A DNA stretch of 64,000 nucleotides from Candidatus Bathyarchaeia archaeon (GCA_038883715.1 JAVZLS010000004.1:19144-83143); one strand, 5' to 3'; positions 9,656 through 19,074 are shown, counted from the first letter of the stretch. The notes: generated by a model from the sequence alone, not told the origin. Made by a program: numbers and translations.

Positions 9656-10306
9656 TTATGGGAGCTTTTTCTTGCAGAGGAACCAGTCAACGCATTCGTA
9701 GCCCTCTTGCAAGCGTTTTTCGGCTTCTTCTTGTGTTGTGGGCGGTGGCACTATGACCGGGTCGCCGGGCCTCCAGTTTGCTGGCAAAGCCACTTTATGT
9801 TTGTCGGCTGTTTGCAATGCGTCAATTAGCCTCAAAATTTCGTCCATGTTTCTTCCAACGTTCAGCGGATAGTATATCATTGCCCTCAACTTCATTTCTG
9901 GGTCTATTACGAAGACGCAGCGTACGGCTGCTGTTGTGCTTTGCTTGGGGTGTATCATGCCAAATAGGTTCGCAACTTTCATGTCCAAGTCGGCGATAAC
10001 AGGGAACGGTATAGCTACTCCGAGTTTCTCCTTTATTGTTCTAACCCATGCTATGTGGGAGTAGACGCTGTCGATACTTAATCCTATAAGCTGAACGTTG
10101 CGCTTCGCAAGTTCTGGATATATCTGGGCGAAGGCAACAAATTCTGTTGTGCAGACAGGCGTAAAATCTGCTGGATGCGAAAATAGAATGACCCATTTCC
10201 CTTTAAAGTCTGAAAGTCTTATCTTGCCGTGGGTTGTCACCGCCTCAAAATCTGGGACTACTTCGCCGAGACTCAAGAGCGGCCTTTTCTCTTCAATTTT
10301 TTCCAT
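9656..10306 (-). CDS. Peroxiredoxin (archaeal Prx6-type)
   Basis: [24 protein letters not shown]-terminal CVDWFLC. Confidence 0.96.
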   Translation of the reverse strand: MEKIEEKRPLLSLGEVVPDFEAVTTHGKIRLSDFKGKWVILFSHPADFTPVCTTEFVAFAQIYPELAKRNVQLIGLSIDSVYSHIAWVRTIKEKLGVAIPFPVIADLDMKVANLFGMIHPKQSTTAAVRCVFVIDPEMKLRAMIYYPLNVGRNMDEILRLIDALQTADKHKVALPANWRPGDPVIVPPPTTQEEAEKRLQEGYECVDWFLCKKKLP

Positions 10307-10358
10307 TTTATTTCATTCCTCCTTCGATTTTTAACCGTAATCCTTTTATCTTTCAAGT

Positions 10359-10416
10359 CTTATATGCTTTTCGTACAAAATTCGGCGAAAATCGTATAAA
10401 ATGGTGCGAAAATGGT
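10359..10416. promoter_or_regulatory. Divergent promoter with Ptr2-like Lrp boxes
   Basis: Minus-strand TATA-like CATATAAG (10359-10366); GCGAAAATCGT (10385-10395) and GCGAAAATGGT (10406-10416) lie 21 bp apart. Confidence 0.5.
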
Positions 10417-10858
10417 AAAAAAGATTGCGGAAATAGACGAACTTGACCTCAGAATCCTAAAACTCTTAGAAGAGGATGGGCGCCTAACCTTCATGGAAAT
10501 AGCCAAAAAACTAAGGCTAAGCGAATCAACAATAAGGAAAAGGGTTCAAGCCCTAAAAGAAAACGGCGTAATAAAAAGGTTCACGGTGGAAATAGACCCG
10601 GCCAAAATAGGTCTGAACACTGTGGCGATAGTTGGCATAGACGTGGAGCCGCCTAAACTTTTGGAGGTAGCCCAAAAACTTTGCGAGTTTAAGGAAATTC
10701 GCTGTGTGGCTACATCCACTGGAGACCATATGATAATGACTGAAATATGGACAAAGGATGGCCGTGAACTGACAAGACTTATATCAGAAAAAATTGGGCC
10801 TATCGAAGGCGTCAAGAAGATTTGTCCAGCAATAATTTTGGAGAAACTAAAAGGCTGA
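10412..10858 (+). CDS. lrpA: Lrp/AsnC regulator, LrpA/Ptr2 type
   Basis: [12 protein letters not shown]; C-terminal [13 protein letters not shown]...[10 protein letters not shown] signature of LrpA/Ptr2. Confidence 0.88.
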   Translation: MVKKIAEIDELDLRILKLLEEDGRLTFMEIAKKLRLSESTIRKRVQALKENGVIKRFTVEIDPAKIGLNTVAIVGIDVEPPKLLEVAQKLCEFKEIRCVATSTGDHMIMTEIWTKDGRELTRLISEKIGPIEGVKKICPAIILEKLKG

Positions 10859-10879
10859 AACTTTCGGAGGAATAGGGTC

Positions 10880-13015
10880 TTGAGCACCCCTAGTCATCAC
10901 CATCACGCTCACCACGTTGAGGAGTTTAAACAGCGATTTTGGGTTTCGTTAGCACTAACAGTGCCAATTCTGCTCCTCTCAGAAATGATTCAGATGTGGC
11001 TCAGTCTAGAATGGATAAAAATTCCCTACCAGAAAGAGGTGCTTTCCCTCTTATCCATAATCGTTTATCTTTATGGCGGGTGGCCCTTCCTAAAAGGCTT
11101 GTACCAAGAGGTTAAGGCTAGACAGCCAGGCATGATGACGCTCATTGGCATGGCGGTGTCTGTGGCCATGTTCTATTCGCTTGGAACAGTCTACTTTTCC
11201 ATAAGCGGCAAAGACTTCTTCTGGGAACTCGCAACCCTAATCGATGTTATGCTTTTGGGACACTGGATTGAGGCAAAAAGCGTCATGGGAGCCTCTATGG
11301 CTTTGGAGGAGCTTGTTCGCATAATGCCAACAACAGCCCACCTAATAAAAAACGGCGAAATCATAGACACGCCAGTCTCACAGTTAAACAAGGGCGACGT
11401 TGTTCTTGTAAGGCCCGGCGAAAAAATCCCGTCTGACGGCGTTGTGGTTGAAGGCGAGTCATATGTTAACGAGGCTTTATTGACTGGCGAATCAAAGCCC
11501 ATAAACAAGAAAGTTGGCGAAAAGGTTGTTGGAGGCTCAATAAATGGAGAAGGCGTCCTAAAAGTGCGGATAGAACGTATAGGTGAAGAGACTTATTTAG
11601 CGCAGGTTATTAAGCTGGTTAGACAAGCCCAGGAGAGCCGTTCGCGGACGCAGGATTTGGCGAACAGAGCCGCTGCTCTTCTCTTCTATGTAGCATTAAG
11701 CGTAGGCGTAATAACCTTCACAGTGTGGTCTTTTATGGCCAGTTTGGACTTTGCCCTTGAAAGAGCCGTCACAGTTCTCGTTATCGCTTGCCCCCACGCC
11801 TTGGGGTTGGCCATACCATTGGTTGTGGCTCTTTCCACGTCCATAACGGCGAAAAGTGGAATCCTTATAAGGGATAGGCGAGCCTTCGAAATGGTTAAGG
11901 ATGTTAACGCCGTTGTTTTTGATAAAACAGGCACTTTGACCGTTGGAAAATTTGGCGTCAGTGATGTCGTCGCCTTCATGCCAGAGGAAGAGCTTTTGAG
12001 GCTAACGGCTAGTGTTGAGTTGAACTCGGAACATGTGATAGCAAAAGCCATAGTGGAGTACGCCGAAAGCAAAGGCGTCAAAATCCCGCAAACCAGGGAC
12101 TTTAAAGCGTTGCCGGGAAAAGGCGCCTATGGAAAAGTTGGAAGAAGGGAAGTTTATGTGGGCAGCGTAAACCTATTAGACGAGTTAAAAATAATCGTTG
12201 AAGACCCGAGAATAAAGGAGCTGCAAGAGCAAGGCAAGACAGTTGTTTTCACGGTTGTGGACGGAAAACTTGCTGGTGCATTCGCGCTGGCGGACAGCAT
12301 ACGGGAGGAGTCCCGCGAGGCTGTCAGAAAGTTGAAGGAAAACGGTGTCAAGGTTTACATGCTTACTGGAGATTCTGAAGAAGTTGCCAGTTGGGTTGCA
12401 AGAGAACTTGGCATAGACAGCTATTTTGCACGGGTTCTGCCAGACAGGAAAGCTGAAAAAATTAGACGGCTCAAAGAGGAGGGCTACCGGGTTGCCATGG
12501 TTGGCGACGGTGTGAACGACGCCCCAGCACTTGTAACGGCGGATGTTGGCATAGCCATAGGCGCCGGAACAGACGTAGCCATAGAAAGCGCGGACATAAT
12601 CCTAGTCAAGAACGACCCGAGAGACGTAGTGAAAGTAATAGACATCTCACGCAAAACATATTCGAAGATGACTCAAAACCTATGGTGGGCCGCTGGCTAC
12701 AACATAATAACAATTCCATTGGCAGCTGGAATCCTATCAGGGTTTGGTGTTACGCTTCCAGCGGCGGTTGGTGCAATAATAATGTCCCTCAGCACAGTTA
12801 TAGTCGCATTGAACAGTCAAACTTTAAGGAAGTATGAACCTGGGGAGGTGAAAATATTGGCGAAGAAAACTCTCGTAACAGACCCGGTTTGTGGGATGAA
12901 GATAGACCCAGACACAGCGTTCAGCAAAATTGAGCATGAAGGCCGCGTCATCTATTTCTGTTCAAAAATGTGCGAAGAAGAGTTTAAGAAAAACCCAAAA
13001 AAGTACATGAAATAA
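10880..13015 (+). CDS. copB: Copper-transporting P1B-type ATPase (CopB-like) with C-terminal YHS/TRASH domain
   Basis: His-rich N-terminus, TGES, CPHALG, DKTGT, GDGVND, YN and MSLST; DPVCGM..YFCS..C tail. Confidence 0.9.
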   Translation: MSTPSHHHHAHHVEEFKQRFWVSLALTVPILLLSEMIQMWLSLEWIKIPYQKEVLSLLSIIVYLYGGWPFLKGLYQEVKARQPGMMTLIGMAVSVAMFYSLGTVYFSISGKDFFWELATLIDVMLLGHWIEAKSVMGASMALEELVRIMPTTAHLIKNGEIIDTPVSQLNKGDVVLVRPGEKIPSDGVVVEGESYVNEALLTGESKPINKKVGEKVVGGSINGEGVLKVRIERIGEETYLAQVIKLVRQAQESRSRTQDLANRAAALLFYVALSVGVITFTVWSFMASLDFALERAVTVLVIACPHALGLAIPLVVALSTSITAKSGILIRDRRAFEMVKDVNAVVFDKTGTLTVGKFGVSDVVAFMPEEELLRLTASVELNSEHVIAKAIVEYAESKGVKIPQTRDFKALPGKGAYGKVGRREVYVGSVNLLDELKIIVEDPRIKELQEQGKTVVFTVVDGKLAGAFALADSIREESREAVRKLKENGVKVYMLTGDSEEVASWVARELGIDSYFARVLPDRKAEKIRRLKEEGYRVAMVGDGVNDAPALVTADVGIAIGAGTDVAIESADIILVKNDPRDVVKVIDISRKTYSKMTQNLWWAAGYNIITIPLAAGILSGFGVTLPAAVGAIIMSLSTVIVALNSQTLRKYEPGEVKILAKKTLVTDPVCGMKIDPDTAFSKIEHEGRVIYFCSKMCEEEFKKNPKKYMK

Positions 13016-13085
13016 GCAGCGAAGAGGATAAAGCTTTAACCAGAGATGCTTCTACGTTTCTGAATGTTAGAATGCTGGTGGGCTA

Positions 13086-14120
13086 TTGGGTAGACTTGCC
13101 GAGTTAAAGCTTGCAATGGGTACGTCCATATTCCTAGTAGCCTTCATATTCGCGCTCTTTTTGTCAGCGATTATGCTAATCTTCCAGTTCAGCCTCATCT
13201 ATGCCATAATAGGCACAGCGCTATTCATACTCATTCAATATTTAATTGGACCAGCGGTGGTGGCAAGCTCAACAAGGCTTCGCTATCTGGAAAAGGGAGA
13301 AAACCCGTGGCTTGAAGAAACCGTGAAAGAGTTGGCCGACAAATCTGGGCTCCCGATGCCAAAGCTAGCCATAGTGCCAGATGAAACGCCAAACGCCTTT
13401 GTCTTCGGAAGAACAGCCAAAGACGCCACCCTAGCAGTGCATGAAGGACTCCTCAAGAAGCTTAACAAAGATGAGGTTAGGGGCGTGATAGGCCACGAGT
13501 TAGGCCACATAAAACACAAAGACTTCATCGTCATGACCGTGCTTTCAGCCCTGCCACTCCTCGCCTACTTGATTGCAAGGGCAACATGGGAGGCTGGAAG
13601 GTGGGCCCCAGCATCAAAGAAGAAGGAAGAGGGAAGCATAAAGGCAGCCTTCTTCGCAGTGGCAATAATCTCCTACATAGTCTACATCATTTCGCTCTTG
13701 TGCGTCATGGGCTTAAGCCGGCTGCGGGAGCATTATGCTGACGCCTACTCCGCCTACTTGACCGGGTCGCCTAGAAGCCTCCAAAGTGCCTTAGCAAAAA
13801 TTACTTATGGTTTGTCGCTTTCGCCTAAACCGCCATCCGGCGCCCGAACCTTCTACATTGGTGATCCGGCGATGGCTAAGATGGAAATATCCTCTATAAT
13901 GGAGAAGAAGGCTGAATACGACTTGGACAAGGACGGTGTTTTGGACGAGCGCGAGCTGGAGTTAGCCATGGAGAAGGAGGCAAAATCCACTTGGGCGAAA
14001 ATCAACACGTGGTTCTCAACCCACCCGCCAACCTTCAAGCGGATACTGCTTTTGCGCGAAATTGAGATGGAGATGGAAAGCGGAAGATTCACCAGCGAAC
14101 GCATATATGCAAAAATCTAG
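13086..14120 (+). CDS. htpX: HtpX-family (M48) membrane zinc protease
   Basis: PNAF, HELGH, SRLREHYAD, STHPP. Confidence 0.93.
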   Translation: MGRLAELKLAMGTSIFLVAFIFALFLSAIMLIFQFSLIYAIIGTALFILIQYLIGPAVVASSTRLRYLEKGENPWLEETVKELADKSGLPMPKLAIVPDETPNAFVFGRTAKDATLAVHEGLLKKLNKDEVRGVIGHELGHIKHKDFIVMTVLSALPLLAYLIARATWEAGRWAPASKKKEEGSIKAAFFAVAIISYIVYIISLLCVMGLSRLREHYADAYSAYLTGSPRSLQSALAKITYGLSLSPKPPSGARTFYIGDPAMAKMEISSIMEKKAEYDLDKDGVLDERELELAMEKEAKSTWAKINTWFSTHPPTFKRILLLREIEMEMESGRFTSERIYAKI

Positions 14121-14123
14121 TCT

Positions 14124-14783
14124 TTAGCGATTCATGCTCAAGCATTTGGTAACATGATTGAGGAAAATGGCGGTTTCATCATTTTCTCGGCTAAACTGGA
14201 AGACTCCATCAATCCAGTTTTTAGCTAGTTCCAAGAGGCAGTCATCTAACTCTCTTGTAATGTAAACAAGCACGCAGCGGGCGGTTGGTTTCCAACGTTT
14301 TAGCATGGCAAAAGAAGCGAGGGCTGTTTTTAGTCTGGCTGAATCAAGCTCAACCTTCGCGTCAAAAACAACGAGAGGATCAATAAACTCGCATATTTTC
14401 TGCCCGATGGAGATGTCAAATTCTATGGCATAACTTTTCTCGCCGCTCTGCCAGACGAGACACTTTTCGCCCCAAAAGACTTCAAAGGGCTTCTTGATGA
14501 TAATTTTTTCCTTTATAAGACGGAAAATGTACTCTTCTAAAGCGTAGGCGCGGAACTTTCCGAAAAATTGTGCAACACCGATTTCAGCCTTGTTCGCCAT
14601 TATGGTTTCATTAAATTCGAGGAAGTCCTTTAGTGTTAGGGTTTTTATCCACCTCTCATATTGGGCGTTTAAAGTTTTTCCAAGCGCCCGCTGCTCTTCT
14701 CTCCTGCTGTGGCACAGCTCGTTTATGTAGTCTATTGGTTTCTTGGCTCTAACCAATAAGGGTCTCCAAAAGCGTTTTATCAA
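14124..14783 (-). CDS. PD-(D/E)XK restriction-endonuclease-like protein
   Basis: ALEEY helix, EFDISIG, VFDAK arranged like a PD-(D/E)XK active site. Confidence 0.55.
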   Translation of the reverse strand: MIKRFWRPLLVRAKKPIDYINELCHSRREEQRALGKTLNAQYERWIKTLTLKDFLEFNETIMANKAEIGVAQFFGKFRAYALEEYIFRLIKEKIIIKKPFEVFWGEKCLVWQSGEKSYAIEFDISIGQKICEFIDPLVVFDAKVELDSARLKTALASFAMLKRWKPTARCVLVYITRELDDCLLELAKNWIDGVFQFSRENDETAIFLNHVTKCLSMNR

Positions 14784-14830
14784 AAACCCGATTTATTACC
14801 TTCGTGGTCTAGACGCGAAAGGTGTGCTAA

Positions 14831-15529
14831 ATGAGGGTTAGGCTTCTCCGTTATACGGCGGACCCCGAGCTTCTATGCGGGGCTGCAGCATTAACATCAT
14901 CAAAAAGTGGAAGCCCGTCTGAAATTTTTGATGGTATAGATTTGGAGAGGGCACGGCAGACGATTAGGCGTGTGACTGGTTATGGGCACATGTCGGTGAT
15001 TGAGCATGCATCCTTCACCTTCAGCGTAGAAGAGGTTTCGAGGGCTTTAACCCATCAGCTTGTTAGACACCGCATCGCATCCTACACACAACAGAGCCAA
15101 CGCTACGTAACATATGACACATTGAAAAAGTATGTGACACCGCCCACCATAGCCCAAAATTCAGAGGCAAAGAAAATATTCGACGAAACATTGGAAAGCA
15201 TATCCGCCGCCTACAAGAAGCTTTTGGAGATGGGAATTCCAAAGGAGGATGCACGCTACATTCTTCCCAACGCTGCAAAAACAAACATTGTCGTGACAAT
15301 GAATGCCCGTGAGCTACGCCACTTCTTTAATTTGCGGTGCTGCGCCCGCTCCCAATGGGAACTCCGAGAAATTGCAACAGAAATGCTTCGACAAGTGAAA
15401 AGGGTGGCGCCATCACTTTTTGAGAATGCGGGACCCACCTGTGTTGAGCTTGGCTTTTGCCCGGAAGGAAAAATGAAACCGCCAGAATGCAACATTGAAG
15501 AGATTAAAAAGCGGTTTAAAAGCCTCTAA
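14831..15529 (+). CDS. thyX: Flavin-dependent thymidylate synthase
   Basis: GHMSVIEH, RHRIASYTQQSQRY ThyX motif, QWELR. Confidence 0.97.
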   Translation: MRVRLLRYTADPELLCGAAALTSSKSGSPSEIFDGIDLERARQTIRRVTGYGHMSVIEHASFTFSVEEVSRALTHQLVRHRIASYTQQSQRYVTYDTLKKYVTPPTIAQNSEAKKIFDETLESISAAYKKLLEMGIPKEDARYILPNAAKTNIVVTMNARELRHFFNLRCCARSQWELREIATEMLRQVKRVAPSLFENAGPTCVELGFCPEGKMKPPECNIEEIKKRFKSL

Positions 15530-15547
15530 AACCTAAAGCGGTTTAAA

Positions 15548-16402
15548 TTGCCAAAGTATAAGGCGTACGCCATAACAACAAAGTACTGGCGACCCGGAGA
15601 AGACTACATAAGGCAGATAATCAAAAGTATTGAGGGAAAAATTTCAGACGGAGACTTTGTGGTTATATCGGAAAAAGCCATTGCAACAGCCACCGGCAAT
15701 ATTGTGGACGAGAGCAAGGTGCAGCCAAGCCTAAACGCAAAAATCATTGCCAGACTTTGGATGCCACTTGTTTGGGGCTATTTTCTCGGTCCGATATGCC
15801 ACTTGCGGAGAAAACTCATAGAAAGGCTTCGAGACTATCCACGAGACGCTGGAAGCCGCCACAAACAGGTCGCCCTACAATATGCGGGTTTACTGCAAGC
15901 CCTAATGTTTGGCTCTGAAGGAGGCATAGATGGAACAAACCTTCCATACGCTTATGTTTGCTTACCCCTAAAAAACGCCCAAGCCATAGCCGAAAAAATA
16001 CAAAGAAAAATTTTAGAAGCGCTTGGGCGGAAAGTTTGCGTCATAATTGCCGACACAGACAAAACATACTCGTTCAGAAATTTCCATTTTACGCCTAGAC
16101 CAAAACCAATAAAGGGCATTCATAACCTTGGAGGCTTCATCGCCTACGTTGTTGGACGGATGCTAAAGCTGAAGAGACGGGCAACCTCAATAGCAGTTGC
16201 TGGACGCAGTATTTCAACTGAAGAAGCGTTAACAATTGCAGAACTCGCAAACCGCGCTAGAGGTTATGGGGCTGGCAGAACCGTTTGGGACATGGCTGAA
16301 AAATTCAATGTTGACTTGGCTGAAGTAAGCTGGGAGATGCTGGAAAAAATAAAACACAAACCCATAGTAATAGTACGCATAAATTCTTCTAAAAATCATT
16401 AG
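15548..16402 (+). CDS. CofE-like (F420:gamma-glutamyl ligase family) protein
   Basis: VVISEKAIA, GGIDGTN, VIIADTD motifs of the CofE fold. Confidence 0.75.
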   Translation: MPKYKAYAITTKYWRPGEDYIRQIIKSIEGKISDGDFVVISEKAIATATGNIVDESKVQPSLNAKIIARLWMPLVWGYFLGPICHLRRKLIERLRDYPRDAGSRHKQVALQYAGLLQALMFGSEGGIDGTNLPYAYVCLPLKNAQAIAEKIQRKILEALGRKVCVIIADTDKTYSFRNFHFTPRPKPIKGIHNLGGFIAYVVGRMLKLKRRATSIAVAGRSISTEEALTIAELANRARGYGAGRTVWDMAEKFNVDLAEVSWEMLEKIKHKPIVIVRINSSKNH

Positions 16403-16442
16403 AAACGTGAGAAAACCAAAAACTATGAAACTTTCCCTTTAA

Positions 16443-16856
16443 ATGGAATTAGGTGAATTGAATATGGATGAGAAAATTCTAGGAGTCATTAGCGTGTTTA
16501 GAACAAATTACTGTAGATGGAGGACCCTCTTTGAGGACTTGTATTTTACAACAAATAGGATGATTGTGGTGAGGATTAGTAGCGGCAGTTATTTGGTCAG
16601 TCCGGTAGGTGTTTTAGCACGATGGCCTAAAACAGCGAAAGAAGAGATTGCCGGATTTTCCATAGAAGAACTTTTAAAAGCCAACCCAAACAATTTTTCA
16701 ATCTATTATTCAGAAGTTAGAAGTGTGGAATTAAAGAAACATGGGTTAGGAGCGAAAATTCGTTTAATCACAGATGAAAAGAAATATGCAAAAATTGAGG
16801 ATTATGAAAATATACTAAAATCAGTTTTTCCAAACAAACTATCAGTCTCAAAATAA
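16443..16856 (+). CDS. Hypothetical protein, PH-like fold candidate, AT-rich
   Basis: LYFTTNRMIV and IYYSEVRSVELKK patterns resemble bacterial PH domains; visibly lower GC than neighbours. Confidence 0.55.
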   Translation: MELGELNMDEKILGVISVFRTNYCRWRTLFEDLYFTTNRMIVVRISSGSYLVSPVGVLARWPKTAKEEIAGFSIEELLKANPNNFSIYYSEVRSVELKKHGLGAKIRLITDEKKYAKIEDYENILKSVFPNKLSVSK

Positions 16857-16930
16857 CACTGGTAAAACATCAAATAAAAGCAATTTTGCTTCCATTCGTA
16901 GCTGTTAATGGAAAATGAATTATTTTTGAA

Positions 16931-16985
16931 CTCTAGGGGAGAGGTGGGCTTTTGGTTGTTTTTAAGCCAAAAACTAGAGGGGTAG
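16931..16985 (+). repeat. Two copies of a CTAG-G-tract motif
   Basis: CTCTAGGGGAGAGG (16931) and AAACTAGAGGGGTAG (16971); same motif as at 45.4-45.5 kb in opposite orientation. Confidence 0.4.
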
Positions 16986-17132
16986 TGTTTTTGTGATTGT
17001 TTGCCAAGCACAAATATGTAGAGAGAAAGCCTTTGATGCTCAGCTTTTTGGCGCGGAGAAAAGGAAATAAAGAGCAAAGAATAAAACCAGCAAAAGAACA
17101 GCAGAGCTTAACCATACTAAAAATGGTGAAGG

Positions 17133-18629
17133 GTGTTGGAGGCTTCTGTAAGACAGCTTGACGCTTTCTTCAATCCGAAGTCTGTGGCTGTTGTGGGCGC
17201 CACTAAAAAGATAAGCAAGGCTGGACACGTCATATTCAAGAATTTTGCGGAAAACAAGAGGAGAGGAGTTTTTAAGGGGGAGCTTTACCCAGTAAACCCC
17301 CACGAAGACTACATTTTAGGCTTTCAATGTTATCCAAAACTGACAAAAATTCCAGGGAAGCTCGAACTTGTTGTCATTGTTGTCCCAGCGGAAATTGTTC
17401 CAGAAATTATGGAGGACGCCGCAGCCAAGAAGGTCGAAGCTGTTGTCATAATTAGTTCTGGCTTTGGGGAAATTGGAAACCACGAACTGGAAAGGAAAGT
17501 TGTTGAAATTGCGAAAAAGGCGGGGATAAGGGTTCTAGGCCCCAACTGTCTGGGAGTTTACGACTCCAAAACAGGTGTTGACATGCTCTTCTTGCCAGAA
17601 ACAAAGATTTTGACTACTGGCGAAGAGGTTGTTGCAACCCCTAGACCGATGAGGGGAAACATAGCCATAGTAACACAAAGCGGAGCCTTCGGGGTAGCAG
17701 CCCTTGACTACTTGGCTGGAAGGCAAATAGGCGTCAGCAAATTTGTAAGCTTTGGAAATAAAAGCGATGTAGACGAAGCGGAGATGCTCCACTACCTATA
17801 TCACGACGATGAAACCAAAGTGATATTGCTTTATGTTGAAGACATAAAGAATGGAAAAGCCTTCATCGAAGCAGCCTCAAAAGTCACAAAGAAAAAGCCG
17901 GTAATAGCCCTAAAAGCCGGAAAAACAGAAGCTGGAGCAAGAGCAGCTGCATCCCACACAGGCGCCATGGCAGGCTCAGACCAAATCTACAACGCCGCCT
18001 TCACACAAACTGGAATTCTAAGAGTTAGGGATATGGAAGAATTTTTCGACGCGGCAAAAGCCTTCGTGATGCAGCCACCAGCCGCGGGGAAAAATGTGGC
18101 AATAATAACGGACGCTGGCGGACCGGGGATATTGGCGGCTGACGAATGTGAAACACAAGGACTGATCGTTAAACGATTCTCTGAAAAGACCCTTCAAAAA
18201 TTTGAGAAGCTCAAGCGAGAGGAAAAACTTCCAAAATTTGCAACAAACTTAAACCCCGTTGACGTGACTGGTTCTGCCACTTCTGAAATGTTTGAGTTAG
18301 CAGCTGACATAGTCTTCCAAGATCCAGAAATTCATGGGATACTGCTTCTCGGACTGCATCACACGCCCGCGTTGCAAGAGGACTACATAGATAGGGTGGC
18401 AAAGGTTGCCAGCAAATATGAAAAACCCATTGTTGCATGCGACATAGGCGAAACCGAAATGGCTTTGCACACCCGCTCAAGGTTTGAAAAGCTTGGAATT
18501 CCAGCATACTCCTCTCCGGAGGATGCTGCAAGAGCCATGAGCGCCCTCGTAAAATATGGGTTATACTTGAAAAAGAAGGGATACTTCAAAGAATACCTGC
18601 AAAAATTCTTTAAGGAAAAGCATAAGTAA
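17133..18629 (+). CDS. Acyl-CoA synthetase (NDP-forming) alpha subunit
   Basis: FFNPKSVAVVGA, GPNCLG, QSGA, AAASHTGAMAG phospho-His, NPVDVTG. Confidence 0.93.
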   Translation: MLEASVRQLDAFFNPKSVAVVGATKKISKAGHVIFKNFAENKRRGVFKGELYPVNPHEDYILGFQCYPKLTKIPGKLELVVIVVPAEIVPEIMEDAAAKKVEAVVIISSGFGEIGNHELERKVVEIAKKAGIRVLGPNCLGVYDSKTGVDMLFLPETKILTTGEEVVATPRPMRGNIAIVTQSGAFGVAALDYLAGRQIGVSKFVSFGNKSDVDEAEMLHYLYHDDETKVILLYVEDIKNGKAFIEAASKVTKKKPVIALKAGKTEAGARAAASHTGAMAGSDQIYNAAFTQTGILRVRDMEEFFDAAKAFVMQPPAAGKNVAIITDAGGPGILAADECETQGLIVKRFSEKTLQKFEKLKREEKLPKFATNLNPVDVTGSATSEMFELAADIVFQDPEIHGILLLGLHHTPALQEDYIDRVAKVASKYEKPIVACDIGETEMALHTRSRFEKLGIPAYSSPEDAARAMSALVKYGLYLKKKGYFKEYLQKFFKEKHK

Positions 18630-18636
18630 GCATAAG

Positions 18637-19053
18637 CTATTCGAGGACTATCCTAACTTCCACTTCGTCGCCGTCTTTAAGTTTCAAATTCTCCCTCAAA
18701 TTTGAAGGAGCAATAATTTCCAAAACATCCCCGGGATAGTTTTCTACACATGGTAGTACAACGGCGCATGCCACATCACTCTTGATGTACGCCCTAAAAC
18801 ATTTTCCTCTGCAGTACCCAGGCTCCGGCAAAATCTCCACGGCTTTTGCGTTTTCCAGAAGACCCCTAACTTTTGCATGTTTGCCGATCAGCTTCAAGTT
18901 TAGTGTTCCAGGATGCGGTACGAAACCAAACTTTTCCTTTATCTGTCGTCTAACCCATGGGAGGGTAGTGAAGAACACGCCTTCTCCGGTTCCGGAGAAG
19001 ATTTTCCCCTTCACAAGGACTATTTTTGCTGATGCCTTCTTTTCTTTGGTCAT
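18637..19053 (-). CDS. ribK: CTP-dependent riboflavin kinase
   Basis: GKIFSGTGEG, PHPGTLN, LEIIAP..LRE.L.LKDGDEV. Confidence 0.9.
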   Translation of the reverse strand: MTKEKKASAKIVLVKGKIFSGTGEGVFFTTLPWVRRQIKEKFGFVPHPGTLNLKLIGKHAKVRGLLENAKAVEILPEPGYCRGKCFRAYIKSDVACAVVLPCVENYPGDVLEIIAPSNLRENLKLKDGDEVEVRIVLE

Positions 19054-19074
19054 GAGCCTTTTTCCGTTTTATGC

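Noticed and set aside
16802-17303. Minus-strand short ORFs in the spacer before the acyl-CoA synthetase
   Set aside because: No recognisable motifs; they overlap real genes or low-complexity non-coding DNA
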